NCBI GenBank assembly: GCA_965221165.1
Contig: CBDCRP010000002.1
Span: 672,001-736,000, forward strand
Source of the DNA: a bacterium
GTDB lineage: Bacteria; UBA8248
Direction: 5' to 3'
DNA length: 64,000 nt
Part shown: positions 19,500 to 30,125 of the stretch, piece by piece
Numbering within the stretch: the first letter of the stretch is position 1
Layout of the letters: every line of letters starts with the position of its first letter
The notes under the pieces: generated by a model
Database searches by the model: none
What the model was told of the DNA's origin: nothing
What the model saw: only the letters and a program-made list of their open reading frames with translations
Program-made: the position numbers and the translations under genes

Positions 19500-19800
19500 T
19501 AATTTATAGAAAACCATCGTGAATTTATCGATATTTTTCGAAATTCCCGAATTTCTCTGATTCCCCTCCTTTCGGCCCCGCTCATCTTAGGCCACCCCAA
19601 AATTTCCGGCCCCGAATATTCGGAAACCCCTACAAACACCCACGCCGGCAAATGCGGGCGAATGCGCAGTTGTCGTGATGTAAAAAATCCTGAAAAAAAG
19701 AGAGAAATCGGTGAAAAAAGGGGTAGTTTATGCGAGAGAATCGGGAGGTTTTTCCGAGCGAATCGCGTGGACCAGGCCCGACCGATGAGGGAGGTCTTCC
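19500..19800. repeat. Composite intergenic element, related copy B
   Basis: GCAAATGCGGGCGAATGCGC at 19648, phased A-tracts 19681-19720, core GACCGATGAGGGA at 19780-92. Confidence 0.5.
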
Positions 19801-19851
19801 CCGAGCAGGGAAAGACCGCAACCAAGGAAAGGGACGCGTTGTGCCTCTTGG

Positions 19852-20008
19852 GTAGGGGCGGACCTATGTGTCCGCCCGCCCTTATATGTCCGCCCCGTCA
19901 TTGAGGCCCACTACTGGCAATCCCGGCCAAAGATGGAGGGATTGTTCCGACCGACCGTAGGGACAGGTCGCGAATTGTGGGGCAGCCCCAAGGAAGGGCC
20001 GCCACTAC
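19852..20008. repeat. GTAG REP-like palindromes
   Basis: GTAGGGGCGGACCTATGTGTCCGCCC (reverse complement of 10670-10695) and GTAGGGACAGGTCGCGA (similar to 3185). Confidence 0.7.
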
Positions 20009-20028
20009 GGGGAAAGAGAAAACTGGCT

Positions 20029-20188
20029 CGTCATTCCGGCGCATGCTGGTGGCAACCGCGAGGTTGACCAGAACCGATGAGGATGAAGACATTGTAGTAT
20101 TTCATTCCCTCTACTGGGCGGCAATGGCGGCGAAAAGCATAAAACGAAAAGATAAATTCCCTGGATTCCGGCATACGCCGGAATGACG
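20029..20188. repeat. REPIN/MITE-like CGTC element (copy 2)
   Basis: CGTCATTCCGGCGCATGCTGG ... TGGATTCCGGCATACGCCGGAATGACG; internal similarity to 10734-10903. Confidence 0.75.
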
Positions 20189-20443
20189 GACGAGGACGTC
20201 AGACCCGTCGGCAAGTGGGGAGTGGGCGGTGGTTGCGGCGATCTCCTTTGCGCGCTCCCTATCCTACAACCGCAAATGGGGGAAATTGCAAAGATACATC
20301 GAACCGACCTTCTGTTTCGGACAAAAAAAAGCGACTGGGCTTTTAGGGCCTTGGGCCCTAAGACGAGACGCTTGGCGACTCATCCCAGACGCTATTTGAC
20401 TCTAAAAGGATCATTACACTGAAATCAAGTCAACACCCCCCCA

Positions 20444-21907
20444 TTAATATCCATCATCCGCATATCTACCCGGAGTGGGCGTGGCGCCTGTTTTGGCCGT
20501 TTCGATGACGTGGGCGCGTCCGCCGAGGCGTTCGATCAGCGCCGCTTGATCGCGTTTAGCGCACGCATCCACCTCTTCGGGGTCGAGAATTTCACGCAAG
20601 GAGCCTTCGAGTTCATTAATGAGCGGTTTGCTCTCGGGCTTCCCGGCGACGTCATCTTGTTCTTCGGGGTCGTTTCCCATGTCATACAACTCGGGCGGAT
20701 AGTCCACGTAGTGGATGTACTTCATCCGGCCTTTTCGGATGAGGTAAGCCGCCGTCTCGGCGCCCGAGGCGTGGTATTCGCTTAAAACGACGCGTTTTGC
20801 GTCATAGGGTGCGCGCGCGATTTCATAGAGCGAACGGCCCGCGCGGCTCCTGTCCTCATCGTTAGGCGTCACGCCCACCGATTCGAGAATCGTGGGATAA
20901 AAATCAAGGAGCGAAACGGGCGTTTCGACCACCCCGCCTGCTTCCAGGTCCGGCCCCGCCATCATGAGCGGCACGGCGGCCGATTCCTGGTACATCGTGC
21001 CCTTTCCCCAGGTGCCCCGCGCCCCTAAGTTCTCGCCATGATCGCTCGTGAAGAATATGCGGGTGGAATCCCGCAAACCCGCGCGCGCTAGGCAATCCAG
21101 TACGCGGCCCACCAGATCGTCCAAAAACGTGCAAAGCCCGAAATAGGAAGCGATGGCGACGCGTCTTCGCTCATCATCGAAGAAGCTGTCTGAGGGCACG
21201 TATTTCCGGTACGCCTCTATCCACGGATGTTGCGGGCGGCCATCGAGCGCGTGGGCCTTGGGCATGGGCACGGAATCGGTCGGGTACATGTCGAAATAGG
21301 CTTGCGGCGCCATCAGGGGAAAATGGGGCGAGACGAAGGAGACGAACGTCATCCAGGGCTTCCGGCTGTCGCTATATCTTTCCGCCTCGTTCTCGAGCCA
21401 CGCGCACGCCTTCTCGGTGATGTCCAGATCGTAATTCGAATAACTCGTCTCGCCCGGGCCGATCTCGCGCGCGAGCTTATCCGCCTTCTGTACGATCAAC
21501 TCATCGCGGATGGAGCCGAGCACGCTGCCCACGCCCCCGTCGCGCGCGTGCATGGGTACGATTTGCTCATCGAAACCGGTAGGGTCGGTGGGGTTCCTGT
21601 AGTGGAACTTGCCGATGGAAGTGACGCAGTTGCCCTCGGCCTGCAAACGATGTCCCCAGCCGGCGGGGGTGCCCGTATAGGGACTGGCGTTATCCCAACA
21701 GCCGATCTCGTGAACGTAGCGGCCCGTGGCGAAGCTCGCCCGCGCGGCCGTGCAAATCGGGGAATTCGTATAGGCGCCCGTGAACCGCGCGCCCGAGGCC
21801 GCCAGACGGTCGATGTTCGGTGTTTGCACCATCGGGTGTCCGTAGCAGCCGAGCGTTTTGACGCTCAACTCATCCGCCATGATGATGAGCAAATTCATCG
21901 GTTTCAT
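20444..21907 (-). CDS. Sulfatase-like hydrolase (choline-sulfatase type)
   Basis: NLLIIMADE, TPNIDRLA, SPICTAARASF, IGKFH, PHFP, SDHGE, WGKG. Confidence 0.9.
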   Translation of the reverse strand: MKPMNLLIIMADELSVKTLGCYGHPMVQTPNIDRLAASGARFTGAYTNSPICTAARASFATGRYVHEIGCWDNASPYTGTPAGWGHRLQAEGNCVTSIGKFHYRNPTDPTGFDEQIVPMHARDGGVGSVLGSIRDELIVQKADKLAREIGPGETSYSNYDLDITEKACAWLENEAERYSDSRKPWMTFVSFVSPHFPLMAPQAYFDMYPTDSVPMPKAHALDGRPQHPWIEAYRKYVPSDSFFDDERRRVAIASYFGLCTFLDDLVGRVLDCLARAGLRDSTRIFFTSDHGENLGARGTWGKGTMYQESAAVPLMMAGPDLEAGGVVETPVSLLDFYPTILESVGVTPNDEDRSRAGRSLYEIARAPYDAKRVVLSEYHASGAETAAYLIRKGRMKYIHYVDYPPELYDMGNDPEEQDDVAGKPESKPLINELEGSLREILDPEEVDACAKRDQAALIERLGGRAHVIETAKTGATPTPGRYADDGY

Positions 21908-22053
21908 ACGAAAAACTCTCTTAGAAATGTTATATAGCGAAATTCAGGGATGGCGGCGGAACTCAATGGTTTCATGCGGGTTTTGTCTGGTTCGTTCACC
22001 AAAGACTACGCCGGTATGAAAACGATTTCAACACCGCCCCCTCGCCAGAAGAG

Positions 22054-22929
22054 CTACATGTGCGGCCACACCGGGTCGGTTCGGTTGTTGAGCGGACCCG
22101 AGGGGTGTTCATCGAGATAATCGTAGATGTTGCCGAGCCCTCCCCTTCTCAGCATGGTGAGCCTCTCGCCCAGGTGATCCATGCTGTTGAGGTCGGTCTC
22201 ATACACCTCGAACACCTTGTCCTGCACCTCCTCGCGGCTGAGTCCACCGTTTTTCAGGACCCTGACCTTGTCGATCAATTCATGGAGCTTTTCGCGCTGA
22301 CGAGGTATCTCGCCTTTTTGACAAGGCCTGCCGTGCCCGGGCACGTACCAGTCCACGTCCAGGGCTTCGAGCACGCCCAGCGACTGGAACCAGCCCCACA
22401 CGTCGGCCGAATGGCACGCCACGTTGAAGGCGGGCGTGAGGTTGTCCGCCGTGAAGGCGACGCGGTCCTCCACTGCATGGACGACCGTCTGCCCGCGCGT
22501 GTGGCCGGGAGATTCGATGAGGATGAACGTCTTGCCGCCCAGGCGAATCGTCATCCGCCCCTTGTAGGTGATGTCGGGGGGCCTGAGTTCGAATCCCTCG
22601 AGCAGCGCCTCGTTCTCGGGGTCGTACTTGAGCATGCGCTCCTTGCCGTCTTCCGGCGTGGCGATGGAGGTGTAGAAATCCGCATACGTGATCTCGCTCG
22701 AAACGATCCGCTCGGGCTCCAGGAACCAGTTCGCCGCAATATGATCCTGGTGATGCTCGGTGTTGACGAGATAGCGAAGCGGGCCTTTTTCAGCGATGAA
22801 GTCACGCCAGGCGATGGCTTCAGAGGGCCGCATGGGGCCGTCTATCGCGATGACGCCGTCATCCGTCACCATCATACCCACCGTGGGGTAGCAATCATAA
22901 AAAAAGACGTTTTCGCTCAACTGCTCCAA
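22054..22929 (-). CDS. MBL-fold metallo-hydrolase (cyclase-like)
   Basis: INTEHHQDH, PGHT, VPGHG; TTG start at 22929 inferred from AGGAGG 8 nt upstream. Confidence 0.8.
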   Translation of the reverse strand: MEQLSENVFFYDCYPTVGMMVTDDGVIAIDGPMRPSEAIAWRDFIAEKGPLRYLVNTEHHQDHIAANWFLEPERIVSSEITYADFYTSIATPEDGKERMLKYDPENEALLEGFELRPPDITYKGRMTIRLGGKTFILIESPGHTRGQTVVHAVEDRVAFTADNLTPAFNVACHSADVWGWFQSLGVLEALDVDWYVPGHGRPCQKGEIPRQREKLHELIDKVRVLKNGGLSREEVQDKVFEVYETDLNSMDHLGERLTMLRRGGLGNIYDYLDEHPSGPLNNRTDPVWPHM

Positions 22930-22970
22930 TCGTCCATCCTCCTGAGCGGCATCCGATAAGATATCCCTAA

Positions 22971-23855
22971 TCAATCTCTCAAACCCGCCTCGCGATCGAA
23001 CCATTCGCGTATGACGCCCTGATCCAGATCGCCAAATCCCAAATCCATCGCGCCCTGATACGCCTTTTGAACCGCATCGATCACCGGCGTGGCGGCGCCG
23101 TTTGCGCGGGCGAATTCCTGGATGAGACCCAAATCCTTGTGCATGGGGGCGAGCGCGAACTTGACGGGTTCATATTCTTTTTTTCTCAACCCCCAGCCGC
23201 GCGTGTTCATCACGCGAAACACGGTGCTCGAATATAGATATTCCATCATCTGGTCCGGTTCCAGGCCCGATTTCACGCCGAGGGTGAAGCCCTCCGCCAG
23301 AGCGCATAGCTGGGATGCGACGAGATGATTCGTGATGAGCTTCATCCTCAGTCCAGAACCATTGGGACCGAAATAATCGAGCAGTTCGCAGACACAGTCC
23401 AGCACTGCGCGGTGGGCGTCCAGAATCTCTTTATCGCCTCCCACCATGAGGCCGATTTTCGCATCCCGCGCGATGATGGCGTTCCCGCTGATGGGAGCGT
23501 CCAGAAAATGGAAACCGCGGCTCAGCGCTTCTTCGGCGACCGCGATGCTCTCCTCGGGCAGGATGGTCGAGAAATCAAAACAGACGGCCCCCTCCCCGGC
23601 GGTGAGCAACGCGCCCCGCCCGCCCAAAAAGGCGTCGCGCACGTGCTCGCCCCTGGGAACTGAACTGCAAACGTAATCCGCTCCACGGGCCGCCTCGGCG
23701 GGAGAATCGAACACGGGGATGCCCGCCTCGTGCGCCGCCTGCTGCGCGGCGGGGCTCGGGTCGTAGCCCACGACTTCGAAGCCGCCTTTAAGCATATTGG
23801 CGGCGACGGCCCCACCCATGTTGCCTAAGCCTAAAAACGCGATTTTCTTAGCCAA
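22971..23855 (-). CDS. NAD(P)-dependent beta-hydroxyacid dehydrogenase (HIBADH/GarR family)
   Basis: GLGNMG, DFSTI, FLDAPISG, MKLITN, KDLGL. Confidence 0.9.
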   Translation of the reverse strand: MAKKIAFLGLGNMGGAVAANMLKGGFEVVGYDPSPAAQQAAHEAGIPVFDSPAEAARGADYVCSSVPRGEHVRDAFLGGRGALLTAGEGAVCFDFSTILPEESIAVAEEALSRGFHFLDAPISGNAIIARDAKIGLMVGGDKEILDAHRAVLDCVCELLDYFGPNGSGLRMKLITNHLVASQLCALAEGFTLGVKSGLEPDQMMEYLYSSTVFRVMNTRGWGLRKKEYEPVKFALAPMHKDLGLIQEFARANGAATPVIDAVQKAYQGAMDLGFGDLDQGVIREWFDREAGLRD

Positions 23856-23867
23856 CCCCGCTCCTCC

Positions 23868-24953
23868 TCAAGCGCCGTATTTCCGTAAGGCCTGCTCGGT
23901 AAATTCCATACCGTGTCCGGGCGTGTCGGGAACCTCCATGCAGCCGTCCACGACGGGGAAATCCTGCGTGAGGACGTCTGGAGGCAACAATTCCACGTAC
24001 TCCACCATGTAGCCGCTCGGCGTCGCGGCGAGGAGGCTCACGGACACCTCCTGGAGCAGATGCGCGCACAACGAGAGATTATAAGCTTCCGCCAGATGGG
24101 CCGCCTTGCGAAACTCCGTCACGCCCCCGCATCGGCCCACGTCGGGTTGTAGAAACGAAGCCGCCCTTCTCTCGCAAATTTCCCGAAAACCCCAGCGCAT
24201 GTATGCGTTTTCTCCCGCGGCGATGGGCACGGGACTTTGTTGCGCCACATCCGCCAGATCATCGACCGAATCGGCGAGCACCGGCTCCTCGAACCATGTC
24301 ACGTCGTATTCGGCGAGCATCGCGGCCACCTCCAAAGCCTCGCGCGGGTTGTACTTCTGGTTGGCGTCCGCAAACAAGACGACCGACTCGCCCACTTCTT
24401 CTCTCAAGAGGCGGATTCGCTCCTCATCCCGGTTGGTTCCCAGCTTCAGCTTGTACGCGCCGATTCCCTTTTCCATGAAGCCCATGCATTCATCCACCAT
24501 CTCCGCATCCGAGAACGTGAGCCAGCCCCCGCTGCCGTAAACGGGAACCAAATCCCTGAAACCGCCCAGGATGCGTGAGAGCGGCAACCCCGCCGCCTTG
24601 GCGAGCGCATCCCAGCAAGCGGTATCCACCGCGGAGAGCGCCTGAACGCCCAGCCTGCCGCGCATCCTCGGCTTGTTCGGTCCCCACAGACGCTCCCAGA
24701 GCGCCTCGGGCGCAAGGGCGTCCTGCCCCACCACCGGCGGGGCCAGCTCTTTTTCGATGTAGGGAACGAGCGTCGTCGAGGTCTCCCTGCCCAGACCCAT
24801 CACGAAGCCGCAGCCCGTCGGGCCGTTTTTGGTGTGGAGAAAGACCAGGAGATAATCGAGTTCCGATTTCGTGCTGTTCGCACTTCCTATCGCTCGGGCC
24901 AGAGGCACTTTAAGAGATTTCGCCTCTATCTTCGTGATTTTCAGTTCAGCCAT
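23868..24953 (-). CDS. Mandelate racemase/muconate lactonizing enzyme family protein
   Basis: SAVDTACWD, KLKLG, DANQ, WFEEP, AGEN, QPDVGRCGG, PGHG. Confidence 0.9.
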   Translation of the reverse strand: MAELKITKIEAKSLKVPLARAIGSANSTKSELDYLLVFLHTKNGPTGCGFVMGLGRETSTTLVPYIEKELAPPVVGQDALAPEALWERLWGPNKPRMRGRLGVQALSAVDTACWDALAKAAGLPLSRILGGFRDLVPVYGSGGWLTFSDAEMVDECMGFMEKGIGAYKLKLGTNRDEERIRLLREEVGESVVLFADANQKYNPREALEVAAMLAEYDVTWFEEPVLADSVDDLADVAQQSPVPIAAGENAYMRWGFREICERRAASFLQPDVGRCGGVTEFRKAAHLAEAYNLSLCAHLLQEVSVSLLAATPSGYMVEYVELLPPDVLTQDFPVVDGCMEVPDTPGHGMEFTEQALRKYGA

Positions 24954-24992
24954 GCGTCACAAGTCCACCGAATCCTGCATCAGATACGATAA

Positions 24993-25028
24993 GGGCTGCG
25001 GAGGCCTCCGAAAAAGCCTCCGCAGCCC
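24993..25028. other. Intercistronic 13-bp hairpin (mRNA-stabilising or attenuating)
   Basis: GGGCTGCGGAGGC-N10-GCCTCCGCAGCCC just downstream of the binding-protein stop; no U tract. Confidence 0.55.
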
Positions 25029-25048
25029 CGGGAAACAAGTCGAAAAAC

Positions 25049-26059
25049 TTAGTTCATCTTCATGCTGGCCAGCGCCTTGGTGAGCGGGCCTCTCTCGATG
25101 CCCTCGCCGCCGGAGAAATTCGGCAGGCGGCGAATCTTGCCCCGGCCCTTCTGCACCTTGGCCGTCGCGTTGAGCGCGTTGATGATGCGCGGCGTGATCT
25201 TGTACAGCGGCCGCACCACATCGACGGAGCGCCTGGCGATGGAATAATCCACCTTGCGGCCCTTCGAGATCAGCCACTTGTGATAGACCTTCGCGAACTT
25301 GTCGGGGTCTTTCTTCCAAAGTTTCGTGGATTTGAGGTAAGCGCGCAGATACTTCACGAACCCTCCGGGATTGCTCTTGAGCGTCCTGGGGTTCGCGAGT
25401 TCGATGAAAATCATCGCCGGCGGATTGTCGTGTTTGCAGTAATCCACGATGGGCCGGGCCCATTTCTTGTCTATCAGGCGGAACGACGTGGGCGCGCCGA
25501 TGACCATCGCGGCAACCACCTTGGCCCTGAAGGCCGAGAGGCGCTCCGCCGTGGTGGTGTTCATGATTTTGACGTCTTTGTGCGTCAAGCCGTACGCGGG
25601 CAGGATGCCGTTTTCCATCACGAAGTGGGTGGACGTGCCCTTCTTCTCGGCGATGGTCTTGCCCTTGAGGTCGGCCACCGTCTTGATCGGAGAATCGGGG
25701 TGCACCCATATATTCATTGATTTACACCAAGACGAACTGACGGAAATCATCACGAGCCCCGCCCTTTTCGCCACCCCGTCCACGTAGGGCCGCGTAGCGC
25801 CGTGGCCCACGTCGAGGCTGCGGGAGAGCAGCGCCTCGATGACGAGTTTGCCCTGCGCGAAAACCTTTACATTCCAATTGCCCTTTCCGAATTCCTCATC
25901 GAAATAACCCATCCCCATGGCGACCGCCGTGAAGGCGCCGAACGTCTGGCGGTGCATGCCGATGCGGAACTTGGCCGCCTCGGCGTCGGTCGTCGCGAAG
26001 CCGACGGGAACGAGGCTCAAAGCGAGGAGCAGACTCAAGATACAAAAACACCTTCTCAT
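25049..26059 (-). CDS. ABC substrate-binding protein, SsuA/TauA/THI5-like
   Basis: Signal peptide, GYFDEE, SPIKTVADLKGKTIA, GTSTH; no permease nearby. Confidence 0.8.
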   Translation of the reverse strand: MRRCFCILSLLLALSLVPVGFATTDAEAAKFRIGMHRQTFGAFTAVAMGMGYFDEEFGKGNWNVKVFAQGKLVIEALLSRSLDVGHGATRPYVDGVAKRAGLVMISVSSSWCKSMNIWVHPDSPIKTVADLKGKTIAEKKGTSTHFVMENGILPAYGLTHKDVKIMNTTTAERLSAFRAKVVAAMVIGAPTSFRLIDKKWARPIVDYCKHDNPPAMIFIELANPRTLKSNPGGFVKYLRAYLKSTKLWKKDPDKFAKVYHKWLISKGRKVDYSIARRSVDVVRPLYKITPRIINALNATAKVQKGRGKIRRLPNFSGGEGIERGPLTKALASMKMN

Positions 26060-26180
26060 CTTTTTTTCCTCCTACTGGAAAATGAAAATAAAACACACAG
26101 CTTCCTTCAAGTAGCCGTTCTTCCTCTGCCTGGATTCGGAAAGTATGTCATAGATGCCCTCAGATTGCATCAAGCAGAAC

Positions 26181-26995
26181 TCAAAGCCGCATCAAGTCCT
26201 CACCGGCGATGATGGGGCCTTCGAAATAAGGCGCAATCGCCTCGCGCACCTTATCGTTCGGCGCCAGGGGAGGAACGACGTGTGAGAAAACGAGCATCCC
26301 GACGCCGGCCTGCGCCGCCGTTTTCCCGACTTCTTCCGCCGTGGCGTGATGGGCCGCTACGATCTTCGCCGTGGCTCTGAAACTTCCGAACCTCTCGTCT
26401 ATCAACTCAGGCAAACATGGGTGCATCACCAAAACGTCCGCCCCAAGTGCCAAGGGGACCAGCTTTTCCGTGGGGCTGCCGTCGCTCGCGATGACGATCT
26501 TTCTGCCCTCCGCCTCGAATGCGTAGGAGATGATGTCGTCTACGTTCCCGTGGCGCGTGCCCTATCCACGCGGATAGCGATGCCGTCCACCTCAAATGCA
26601 TCGCCGGGTTCGAGGACGGTTACCTCGATCTCGGTTCCCGCCCTGGGCTTTCCCTCGTTCGCCCTGAGATCGATGTCGTACTCGTAATAATGGAGCATAC
26701 GCTCGACTATCTCCTCCACGGGCGACGGGCCGTAGACCTTGAGCGGCGTTGATGCGCCCATGATCCAGCGCGAGATAAAGAACTCCCCGAAACCCGTGTA
26801 GTGATCGGAGTGAAAATGCGTGAAAAACAGGTGGTCCACACTGTTCACATGAAATCCCGACTTCACGATTTGGGTCGCGGCATGGCGGGCTGCGTCCACC
26901 AGATAGAGTTTCCCGCCTTTTACGATGACGTTGCACGGGCCGCTTTTTTGAGGAGTCGGCGGCGGCGCACCCACTCCCAGGAGTATGAGTTCCAA
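26181..26995 (-). pseudogene. RNase Z/AtsA-like MBL hydrolase with one frameshift (real or sequencing error)
   Basis: FTHFHSDH; -1 frameshift near 26565; then HGNV..SYAF..IASD, ADVLVMH, HHAT, FSHVVP, GEDLM. Confidence 0.75.
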
Positions 26996-27110
26996 AACAG
27001 GGTTTCCTCCCCTTCACGAAAGTAGATATGTGTCTTGCCGTAACGGATTCTTGGGGGTATTCTTGCGCAAATATCCTCGTTCACGTCAACCAGAAGAGAG
27101 AGAAGCCCAT

Positions 27111-27971
27111 ATGGATCGTCTATCCGAACACCTATACGCAGAAACCGCCTACGACTGGGCGAACGTGGGCGCCGCCGTCACGGAAAGCGGCGTCCTCCTC
27201 CTCGACTCCCCGGTGCGGCCGAGCGATTCGCGCAAGTGGCAAGAAGAAGTCTCACGCTTAAGCCCCCTGGGCATGCGCTACCTCATCGCCACCGATTATC
27301 ACGGCGACCACACGACCGGCTCCTCCTTCATCGAAGGGGACGTCGCCCGCATCGCCCCCCAATACGTCTACGATGAAATATCGAAGGGCGATAACGCTTT
27401 TTCCAAGGAAATTTTCGTGAAAACGCTGAGAGACTTAGGCTTCGTAGAGGAGGCGGATGAAATCGAAAACACCGCCGTTCCGCTGCCTCAGTTCTGTTTT
27501 GAAGACAGCCTCATCCTGCATCTGCCGCCCCTCACGTTCGAGATTCACCGGAAAGGCGGCCACTCCCCCGCATGCACGTCCGTTCTCGTGCCCGAGGAAG
27601 GGGTGCTCTTCTCCGGAGACGTCGTCATCAACGGCCCCTCGGCCGGAATGCGCGACGCCCATGTGGGCGAATGGATAGAGGCGCTCACCTGGGTGGAAAA
27701 TCTCGACATCGAGACCATCGTCCCCGGCCACGGCGATATATGCGGCAAAGAGGTTGCCACGGAGCTTAAAGATCGCCTGAGCGGGATGATGGAGATCATG
27801 ACTGAGGTCATCAGCGCCGGAAAACAGAAGGCGGAAGCCACCGAGGACCCGAAATTCCTGAAATATTTTCATGCCGACGACTCGCGCGGCGCATACTGGT
27901 TCCAGCAGAGGAAAGACACTTTCCGCGATGGTCTGGAGCGGCTGTTTGATGAGGTCGTCGCTGAGACCTAG
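27111..27971 (+). CDS. MBL-fold metallo-hydrolase (cyclase-like)
   Basis: ANVGA, ATDYHGDH, GGHS, FSGD, VPGHG. Confidence 0.85.
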   Translation: MDRLSEHLYAETAYDWANVGAAVTESGVLLLDSPVRPSDSRKWQEEVSRLSPLGMRYLIATDYHGDHTTGSSFIEGDVARIAPQYVYDEISKGDNAFSKEIFVKTLRDLGFVEEADEIENTAVPLPQFCFEDSLILHLPPLTFEIHRKGGHSPACTSVLVPEEGVLFSGDVVINGPSAGMRDAHVGEWIEALTWVENLDIETIVPGHGDICGKEVATELKDRLSGMMEIMTEVISAGKQKAEATEDPKFLKYFHADDSRGAYWFQQRKDTFRDGLERLFDEVVAET

Positions 27972-28008
27972 AGAAGACCGGGGCTTCATCACCGAAAAGG
28001 AGACGTAG

Positions 28009-28434
28009 ATGAGAGTAGAAGAAAAAAGACTGGGCCGCATCTTTCGCGTCACGCTCGAGGCCGGAGACAATTTTTATACGAATTTATGTAACCTCGTGAA
28101 GGAGAAGAACATCCGTGCGGGCTCGGTTTTCCTCATCGGCGCTCTCGCCGAGACGGACATGATATCGGGCTTCAAGAGCATGGACGGCTACGACGTCGAC
28201 CGCCTGCACTTCGAGGGCTGGCGCGAACTCGTGGCTCTCGGGAACATTACCTGGCCGAACGAGCCGCCCCTCGCCCTAGGCGACGTGAACTGGGACGAAC
28301 CCGAGCCTTACGTTCACGTGCACATGGCCATCAGCGGCGGCCCGGGCGAGCCGGAAAAGGTCCTGGCGGGACACCTGAGCGACGGCACCATCAAAGGCAT
28401 GGTCGTCGAAATCTATGAGCACTTAGAAGCCTAG
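28009..28434 (+). CDS. PPC/DUF296 domain protein
   Basis: LIGAL, ELVALGNI, VHVHMAI, AGHL. Confidence 0.8.
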   Translation: MRVEEKRLGRIFRVTLEAGDNFYTNLCNLVKEKNIRAGSVFLIGALAETDMISGFKSMDGYDVDRLHFEGWRELVALGNITWPNEPPLALGDVNWDEPEPYVHVHMAISGGPGEPEKVLAGHLSDGTIKGMVVEIYEHLEA

Positions 28435-28495
28435 ATGCGTTCTTGATCCCCAGCGGTTCATGGCCGCTTGAGAGTGTTTCCCAAAGAATGAAACG

Positions 28496-29634
28496 ATGAA
28501 CGACACACCCCTCGAAAATCTCCCTTTCGCGCCCAGCGAAGACCCCTTCGTCGTGGAGCACGGGGGCTTCTACCGGCGATGGTTCTACATGATCGAGGAC
28601 ATCAAGGAACTCAAAATCGCCGTGGCCTCCCTCGAGGGCACGACCGACGACCTCTGGGCGCCAGTTTGGCTTAAGATAGGCCAACGCTATGAAACAATCG
28701 CGGAAGAACTCGCCGCCGGTGGGGACGCTTCCGCCGCGCGCAAAAAATTTCTCCTCGCCAAGACTTATTACAGCATCGCGCGATTCCCCCGCCCCATCAC
28801 TATGCTCAAAGAACAAGCCAACGAGGTCTGCATTCGCGCGTACTTGAAATCATGCGAGTTCCTCGATCCGCCGCTGGAAGTCGTCGGCGTGGAATGCGCG
28901 GAAAAAACCATCACCTCTCATTTTCGCGCGCCTAAAGACGCAAGCGCGGAAAACCCCGCACCCGCCGTCCTCATCATGTGCGGCGGGGACATGTTCAAAG
29001 AAGATCGCGGCTGGGCGGGCGAAATGGCCCTGGAGCACGGCCTCGCCACGCTGGTGATGGACGGCCCCGGCACGGGGGAGAACCCATTTCCCTACAAACC
29101 GGAGTCCGTGGTCGCATGGAAGGCGGCTATCGACTACCTGTCCGCCCGTCCCGAGGTGGACGCAGGGCGCATCGGCGCGTTCGGCATCAGCAGGGGCGGG
29201 CATTCCGTGATGCTGATCGCGGGTTCTTATCCCGAGAAGGTGCGCGCGGCCGTCGCCAGCGCGGGCCATCACTTCGGCTACCGCATGACGCAGGCGGAAA
29301 TGGCGAACTACGTCGCCAACAGGAACAGGCGCGCCGCCTACATCTTCGGCGCGCCCGGAGACGGCCCCTCTTTTCCCGAAACCACTATCGAGAAAGAAGA
29401 GGAACTATTCGAGCGATGGTCGCTCAGCGAACTGGGCCTGGTGGAGAAATCGTCTGCCCCGTCTTCATGATCAATGGAAAGCAGGATCACCTCGCCCCCG
29501 TCGGGAACATCTACTACATGCTCGAGCACGGCCCCGTCACCGGCAAGGAGGCGCGCATCTATCCCGACGATGGCCACTGCGCCTTCAAATACTTCGAAGG
29601 GTGGGCTCCCGAATCGTTCCGCTGGCTGCGGTGA
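28496..29634 (+). pseudogene. Alpha/beta hydrolase (FrsA-like) with one frameshift near 29447
   Basis: DGPGTGE, GISRGG; GAGAAATC shift then IVCPVFMINGKQD...DGHCA carrying the Asp/His of the triad. Confidence 0.75.
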
Positions 29635-29659
29635 AAATTGGGGTAAATCATTTAAAAAC

Positions 29660-29992
29660 AACATCTTAAATTTTCCTTAATTTTTCGTATTTTTTCGTAT
29701 TTTTTCGTATTTTTCACTTATTTTCAGAAATTCATTTCCGACTCATCCTTCCTCCCGCGACGTCACCATACCGAAGGCCGAGATTCAGCGGCCTACCACA
29801 AATGCGGGCAAATGCGCGGGTGAGGCTGCGTGGGAGCAAGCCCGACCTGGAAAGGATTGCCCAGGGTTTTGCTCCTGTAGAGGACGCGTATAGCTTCCCT
29901 TTCCATCGAAGAAGGAAGCCATATCCAACCGAGGAGGGGCGCATCTATGTGTCCCTTACGACACGAACCGCGAGCAAACGCGCGTCTCCTAC
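29660..29992 (+). repeat. Composite intergenic element, copy C, followed by degenerate GTAG REPs
   Basis: TTTTTCGTAT x3, TTTTCACTTA, CAAATGCGGGCAAATGCGCGGGTGAGGC, core variant GACCTGGAAAGGA. Confidence 0.65.
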
Positions 29993-30125
29993 GCCTATCG
30001 CCGATGTTCCCTCCGCCAAACGCCACATAGCTTCACCTCATCGAAGCGATGTATAATTCATCCACCGCACCGGCCGCCTGGCGCCGATCATTTCTTCATC
30101 CCATTTCTAAAACCAGGAGGCAGCC

